The notes under the pieces were generated by a model. The model saw only the letters and a program-made list of their open reading frames with translations, did no database searches and was not told the origin of the DNA. DNA of 64,000 bases from Paramoeba atlantica (Eukaryota > Protista > Discosea). Below, one piece after another: positions 57,757 through 64,000 of this stretch; positions within the stretch are counted from its first letter, which is position 1, and each line of letters opens with the position of its first letter. The DNA is taken from positions 11,279 to 75,278 of the forward strand of contig CDRNVI010000154.1 in the NCBI GenBank assembly GCA_977017575.1. The letters are read 5' to 3'. The position numbers were made by a program, and so were the translations under genes.

Positions 57757-60700
57757 ATGACTGACTCAATCAAAGATGCAGTTCCTGAGTATCACTCAAA
57801 TGAGGAGGGTGATCAAGCCCACTGAAATGAAAGAGGAACTCCTGAAGAACCTCATCACAAAAAGGGAAATTTTAGAGAAGATGAGGAGGAAGAACTTGAT
57901 TCGACGATTTATGAACACACAGAACCCACCCTTACCTTGGAAGAGGTCAAACAACTCATCAGGGAATCTGAATTGAGAATGATTGAGACAATCAACTCCA
58001 TTCAGCCCCAACATGAATGGGAGACATCAAACCCTCCAGGAACCCCCTTGAGAAGGATGGGAAATCCACCACTCCAGGTGGTAGCCAAGAGGACAAAAGA
58101 AACAAAAGAAAGTGAGCTCAAGGAACACTGAACAAAGGTGAAGACCCAGGTGGCAAAAGTCAATTTTGGATCTGAATCTGAGGTAGCTGCTTTCTGCCTC
58201 TGGCTGAAGGAAAGAACAGGTAATGGAACCTGGAAGAATTCAATCAAGATAGCTGACATGATAAAGGGGGAAGTGAATCTTCCTCAAGGGGTCTCCTGGA
58301 ATTCAATCGGAGCAACACCAAAGGATGATGTCAAGGACACAATTCGCCACCTCCAGAAATCTCATGGAGATTCGAGGGCTCAGGACCTGACCAATCTTTA
58401 CAACCAATTTCGAATTGGTGACGATTATGAGACCTTAACATTTAAGAAGAAGGCCCTCAAATTTGTTGACCTCTACTTAAAGAAGATGGGGAAAACATTG
58501 GCTCAAGTCCCTTGTACAGAACTGATCAAAGAGATCGAACACAAGATTGATACGGATACATGGACAAGTACCAAGTATATGATTTTCCACACCTCCCGGT
58601 CATGGAGTGCCTTTGTGGATTCAATGAATGCCTCCCTGTCACCTGCCTATGTGGAAATCCCAAAAGGAGTGGCAAGGATGGGCATGAGAGACACAGAAGA
58701 ATATAAAAGGGAGGAATGGAGAACCAAATCCATGAATGAGTCAAGACCCAAATTCTCGAATGAGCCAAGACCCTGTTTCCTCTGTGGTAAAACGAACCAC
58801 CAGAGTCTAACATGTGGTAGTCTTGGAGGGATGAAGGATGAGTTGGAAAGGAAACCCCACTTACTCCGGAAACATGGAAGAAACCAGTGTTTGCTCCATG
58901 GGACTGATATGGATCATGGATCCCTGAAGTGTCCATGGCTCCAAATCACTAAATACATCCAAGTTAACAGGATAACAAGGACTGAGGACTGGGAAGGGAC
59001 TGTGAAGTCACTCTTTGCCCAAGTGCAAGCAGACTCAAAATACCCAATGGTGGACGAACAGCAGTGGTTCCATAACCACAAGAGGCTGAGAGATACCACC
59101 AACCAGGATAGGGATCTACAACCACAAAAGAGAAAGAAGACCTTAAACAGCCTCTCAGGGACAATTGCAGAGCTTGCCATGGAAGATCCAGCTAAGAATG
59201 CTGCCATAATCCAACAACTCAGCCAAATCCTAAAAAGTATCAAAAACAAGAAAGAAGAAGAAAAAAAAATTCCTCTCACTAATCTAAACAAACAGAAAAC
59301 TCATAAAGATCTGAGATTCTGGATAAACTCAGAAGGAAACTTGATGATTTCAACATCAGGCAAACAAAGAGATTTTAACCCAAGTATCTCATTAATAAAT
59401 GAAGTTTTCTCCTTTAATTGTCTTGTGGGACAAACACCATGCAAAGTCTTAAATGACTCAGGAGCTGGAATTGATGCAGTGGGACAAGAGGAAAGCAAAC
59501 ACCTCCCTGTCCTGGCACACCGACAATACATTGGCGGTCACATTGTATTGGCTGACAAAGAAGCAAAAGTCCACCCCAAAGAAGAAATCTTACTGGAGGT
59601 GTCAATTGCAGGATACAAGAGAAGGCACTGGTTAGTTGTGGTGCCAGGTCTCTCAACACAAATCATTTTCGGGCACCCAATTATGAAGAAAATTGGCATG
59701 GTGCTTGATTTTGACCAAAACACAATCAAAATTCAGAAATTAACACAAGGGATTCTCCGATTCCCAATGGAAATGGGAATGGATAAAAGAGTTCAGGCAA
59801 TGATTCCACTCAATAATGAAGGGGAATTGTGGGCAGCAGAAAGACTCACCCTCAAACCTCAACAAGTGCACAGAATCAGGGTAAACCTAAAAAAGTGTGA
59901 TCAACCTTCCTTGCATACTGGATTTATTATACCTGTGGAATGAACTGGCTCACACTTAATCATGTTACCAGGATTAATTTCAATGCAGATCGATCAGTTC
60001 AAAAATTATTTTACAAAACTAGAAGTGATAAATCCAACAAAAAGACCAATCAACATAAATCCAAAAACAATAATTGCACACCACCAATACCTGACACAAG
60101 AGGATGTCAACCAAACAGTTGTGAAGAAAATAACGGATAAAAATATCCATAAATTAAACAAAGAAGCAACCAAAAAATATACCAAACAAAGAAGCGATCA
60201 GAGCAAAAAGGAACTCTTGGAAAGAGTATTTGCTCAGGAGGATTGCCATGATAAAGACCTCAAGATGAGCTATGAAAAAATTCCGGAGAAAGAGTGTACA
60301 GACTCAGCTTCCATGACATGTACCATGTGTTCACTGATGAACATACTTGGGAACACTCAATCCAAAGAATTGGGAAACACAACTCAATCAACGGTGGGAC
60401 AGAGTGAATCAAAACAAAGACTGGAAGTAATGGAGAGAACAGGACTCTCCCAAGCTGACCTTACAATGGAGGAAAAGATTCAGCTGGCAGATCTCTTCAT
60501 TAGATTCCAGGGCACATGGGACAGACCAGATAATGCTCCAGTTGTGCATACTAACACAGTGGAATTTAAATTGGACCTGGTAGAAGGGACAGAACCCTGG
60601 AAATACAATACAATTAGTAAGTTCATTTGTGCAAACCAAAATTCATGCTTCTGGGATATACAGCATCCAAAGAAGGCATTGAAGCAAATAATGCCAAGGT

Positions 60701-63700
60701 TGAAGCAATTGTGAACTACACAACACCGATAAATCATAAGGAATTACAAACATTTCTTGGGGTTGTAAGCTGGTGTCGGAGATTCATTTATAAATGCTCA
60801 CAGAGAACATTTAATATGAGACAACTCCTAAAAGAGAAAAAATTTAAATGGACAGAAAAAGCAGACAAAGAATTTCAAAAAATGAAAAAAAGAATCAAAG
60901 AGATACCTCTGCTGGTACATCCTGATTTCAAGAAAACATTCTATATTCATGTTGATGCTTCAAAGAAAGGATACGGAGCAATACTGACACAAAGACTAAA
61001 CGACCCAGTTGGAAGACAAGCAGAACTCCCACAGGGAATACCAAAAGATCACAGAATTATAGCCTTTGCAAGCTCGGCGCTGCCAGCAACTCACACTGGA
61101 TACACCAACTCAGAAAGAGAGTGTTATAGGTTGTACTGGGTGACAAAAAAGTTCAAGGAGTTTATCCAGGGATGTGATGTGGTTGCATTTACCGACCACC
61201 ATAGCCTGAGAAACTTGAGCAATTCAATGAAGAAATCCAGAAGCAGCATGATAAACAATTGGCTGATTGACATATCCCAAATGGTGAGACAAGTTCTCCA
61301 TAAACCAGGGAAAACATTGGTAATTCCAGATGCCCTCAGTAGAGCACATGTGGAATACAGGATTAAAGAACAAAGGACAACTGAAGAGTTGTTAAAGGAT
61401 CTAATAGGAACAGAAAGTTCAGGAAGAGAACTGATTAATGAAACAGTTACAAAATTATACAAAATGGACACAAATCAACAAAAAGATGTACTTCAAAACT
61501 GCAAATCAGGTCATGCTGGGAGAACTGGTAAGTCCAATATTTCGGCCCTGGCTTCACTGGATGATTGAGATTTGACAGTAGTGGGGGTACCAACAGAGGA
61601 AAGAATAATGCAGAATACTTTGACTGGCAAAGACCAGCTCAGGGAGATGGGAGAACTGGTAAGTCTGAAATACTCAGCCCTGGCTTCACTTTGAACTGAT
61701 GAAATGCAAGGTACCCACCAGAGAGGGCCAGAAATAGACCTGGGAAACCAGTTAAGTACAGCTTCATCTGCAGGATGTTCCGCTTGGAAAAGCCCTGTTA
61801 CTCCCCAGCATCCCCACCTCACAAAACAGGTTAGGGCATGTGCAGCACAACACACGAACCCCACCAAGAGTCTAGAAATGACTGAATTACAGGAAAAAGA
61901 TCCATTTTGCAAACAAATAAGAGAATACCTCCAGGAACAGAAGCTTCCCAGGAACAAAAAGGAGGCAAAAAAAATCATAGCAACAGGACATGCCTATGAA
62001 ATGATTCAAGGCATCCTGTGCAGGACGGACATACCAATTAGAGAAGGCGAGATGCCACTGGTAGTTCTCCCTCAAACATTAATTCATGAAACAGTGAAAC
62101 AATACCATGATTCTCCTATGGGGGGACATAGAAAATTTAGAAAATTATTAGAAACATTAAGAGAAAAATACTGGTTTCCCAGAATGTCACAGTACATCAA
62201 TGACTACTGCAGAACCTGTCATACATGCCAAATATCTCAGAGAAGAAAGCCAGTACAACCTCCACAGGGAACAGGCGCATCAAAGCATGGATACCCAAAT
62301 ATTTGCGTACATGTGGATGCAACAAAGGCCCTTGGGGGAAACTGGAGGGGATTCACTCACATTATTGCTTTTGTGGATGGATTCATGGGATTCATCTCAC
62401 TCTATCCAGTCAAACATGTAGATACAATGACAATGGTAGACTGCTTAGTGTGGTATGTTACACTCCACTCAGTGCCATTGGAGATCATCACTGATGGTGG
62501 ACTAGAATTCTTTTTTTTTTTTCTTTTTGAGGCAGACTTTATTCAATTAGTAGTTCTTAATCTAAGCCATTTGAATTACATTAAATTATGTTTGTTTTTA
62601 ACCTCTAACGAGAGGTGAAGTTTTAAACTTCAGCTTAGTTCAGTTGGTCTTTATGCTGAACTTTAGAACTTCTGCAAGTTCAGGCTGGAGGATGCACATC
62701 AGAAGGGAGAATAATCCAAAGCTCCTTCCAAGGGAATTTATCCTCAACTTTTTAGCAGACAGGGCTGAGATGTAACCTGTTCCGATTTTCACACTTCTTC
62801 AAGAGCTCCTCACTCCAATCAAATCACTTTACAGCACCAGAAAAATTTTCCATAATATCGAAAAACTGGGATTTGAACTCGCCCCCCCAGGGTTGGACAT
62901 AATTGAATTTATGACTAAACTACAGGCGCCAACCCTGGTGGACCAGAATTCAAGAAAACACTTCTGGGACAAATTGAAAGACTATTCGATATAGAACATA
63001 TGAGAATTGCACCATACAACCACAAGGGAAATGGAAGAGTGGAAACAGTACATGGGATTGTGAAGGATATGCTCTGGGCATTCATTGATCAATTTGAAAG
63101 AGACTGAGACCTCCTCATCCCCTATCTGGAATTTGCATATAACACTCAAAAGAACACAGTCACCAAATATTCACCATATTTCTTACAATTTGGCTGAAGA
63201 CCAAACTGTCCGATTGATGTAAAATACTGTTTGGTAATTCCAAATCTGCTAACAACAGATGAGTATGCCCAACTAATTGAGACAAGAATGTATGAAGTTT
63301 TTAACCTAGTCACTGAAATCAGAAGAGAAAAAGCTCAGGATGCAGCAGCCCAGTATAATGCAACACATCAGACTAAGGTCTTTAAAAAGGGAGACTCTGT
63401 CCTCCTACTTGATCAACAAATCAGAAAAGGAATAAACAAAAAATTTCAAAGAAAAACACATACAGATGTCTTCAAAATTCTTGATGTATGCTCACCACAG
63501 ACATACAACATCTAAAATACAAAAATGACATACGTGATCAAAGGAATCAATGGGGCTCAGCTCAGACCATACAGCATGAGAGCGAGGAGCCCATCCAAAG
63601 AGGGGGGACACCATTTGGAAGAAGATTCACAAATGGAATGATCAACAACACCCTCAGATACTCCCCTGAATCCAGGGAGTAGGAGAAGAAGCACAAAAAG

Positions 63701-64000
63701 AAGTATCATGGAATATCAGTCCAAGGATGACAAATTCCGAGTCTGGGAACAGCAGTTCCAGGGAAGACCCAGTTACAAGTGGATCTCTCAGAAAGATCTG
63801 GAGAGTTCACCTGAAGGCAAGGAGTTATTAGAGAAATTCTTTGAGTCTGAGAAAATTGAGGGACAAACCACAATCAAATCTCCTTCCAAGGTAAAATCCT
63901 CGATTGCAAGAGATTTGGACATGAGAGAGACAGTGGATGTTGAGATGGAAGACACTCTTGAGGAAGAGATGCAATGCACTCCCCCAGGTCTTCCAGTGAC
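57757..64000 (+). pseudogene. Ty3/gypsy gag-pol with RT core deleted; runs off the window
   Basis: CFLCGKTNHQSLTC, VLNDSGA (PR), LQTFLGVVSWCRRFI, HVDASKKG...SERE (RH), HDSPMGGH..CRTC, HVD, ITDGG, GNGRVE (IN). No YxDD. Confidence 0.93.
62511..62935 (-). mobile_element. SINE1 in gypsy integrase
   Basis: 16-bp TSD tggtggac(t/c)agaattc. Confidence 0.97.

Noticed and set aside
57399-57773. Cys-rich ORF as an alternative LINE-A domain
   Set aside because: Most of it is the antisense reading of the gypsy 5' LTR/PBS; LINE homology stops at 57502.

Overview
AT-rich eukaryotic DNA (organism not identifiable from the sequence) made almost entirely of nested transposable elements; I found no host housekeeping gene. 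It contains: (i) an L1-like LINE family (LINE-A; ORF1, APE, RT, zinc finger, archaeal-type RNase H) plus an older relative (LINE-B); (ii) two tRNA-headed SINE families sharing a central core (about 12 near-full SINE1 and 5 SINE2 copies, several SINE1 with 15-18 bp TSDs); (iii) three Ty1/copia elements and a solo LTR, two of them nested, both with a primer-binding site matching the 5' half of tRNA-Lys(CUU) and a VVDD RT motif; (iv) Ty3/gypsy elements; (v) a MITE and a 1.7-kb inverted repeat. The highlight is a 9.0-kb DNA transposon (45298-54325, 48-bp TIRs). It carries a decayed RAG1/Transib-like DDE transposase, a TET/JBP-family 2OG-Fe(II) dioxygenase and two unknown ORFs. Reciprocal CG>TG/CA changes and CGA>TGA stops across the window point to CpG methylation of repeats, so a methylcytosine-oxidase cargo is biologically suggestive. 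All protein calls come from manual motif recognition; no database search was run.
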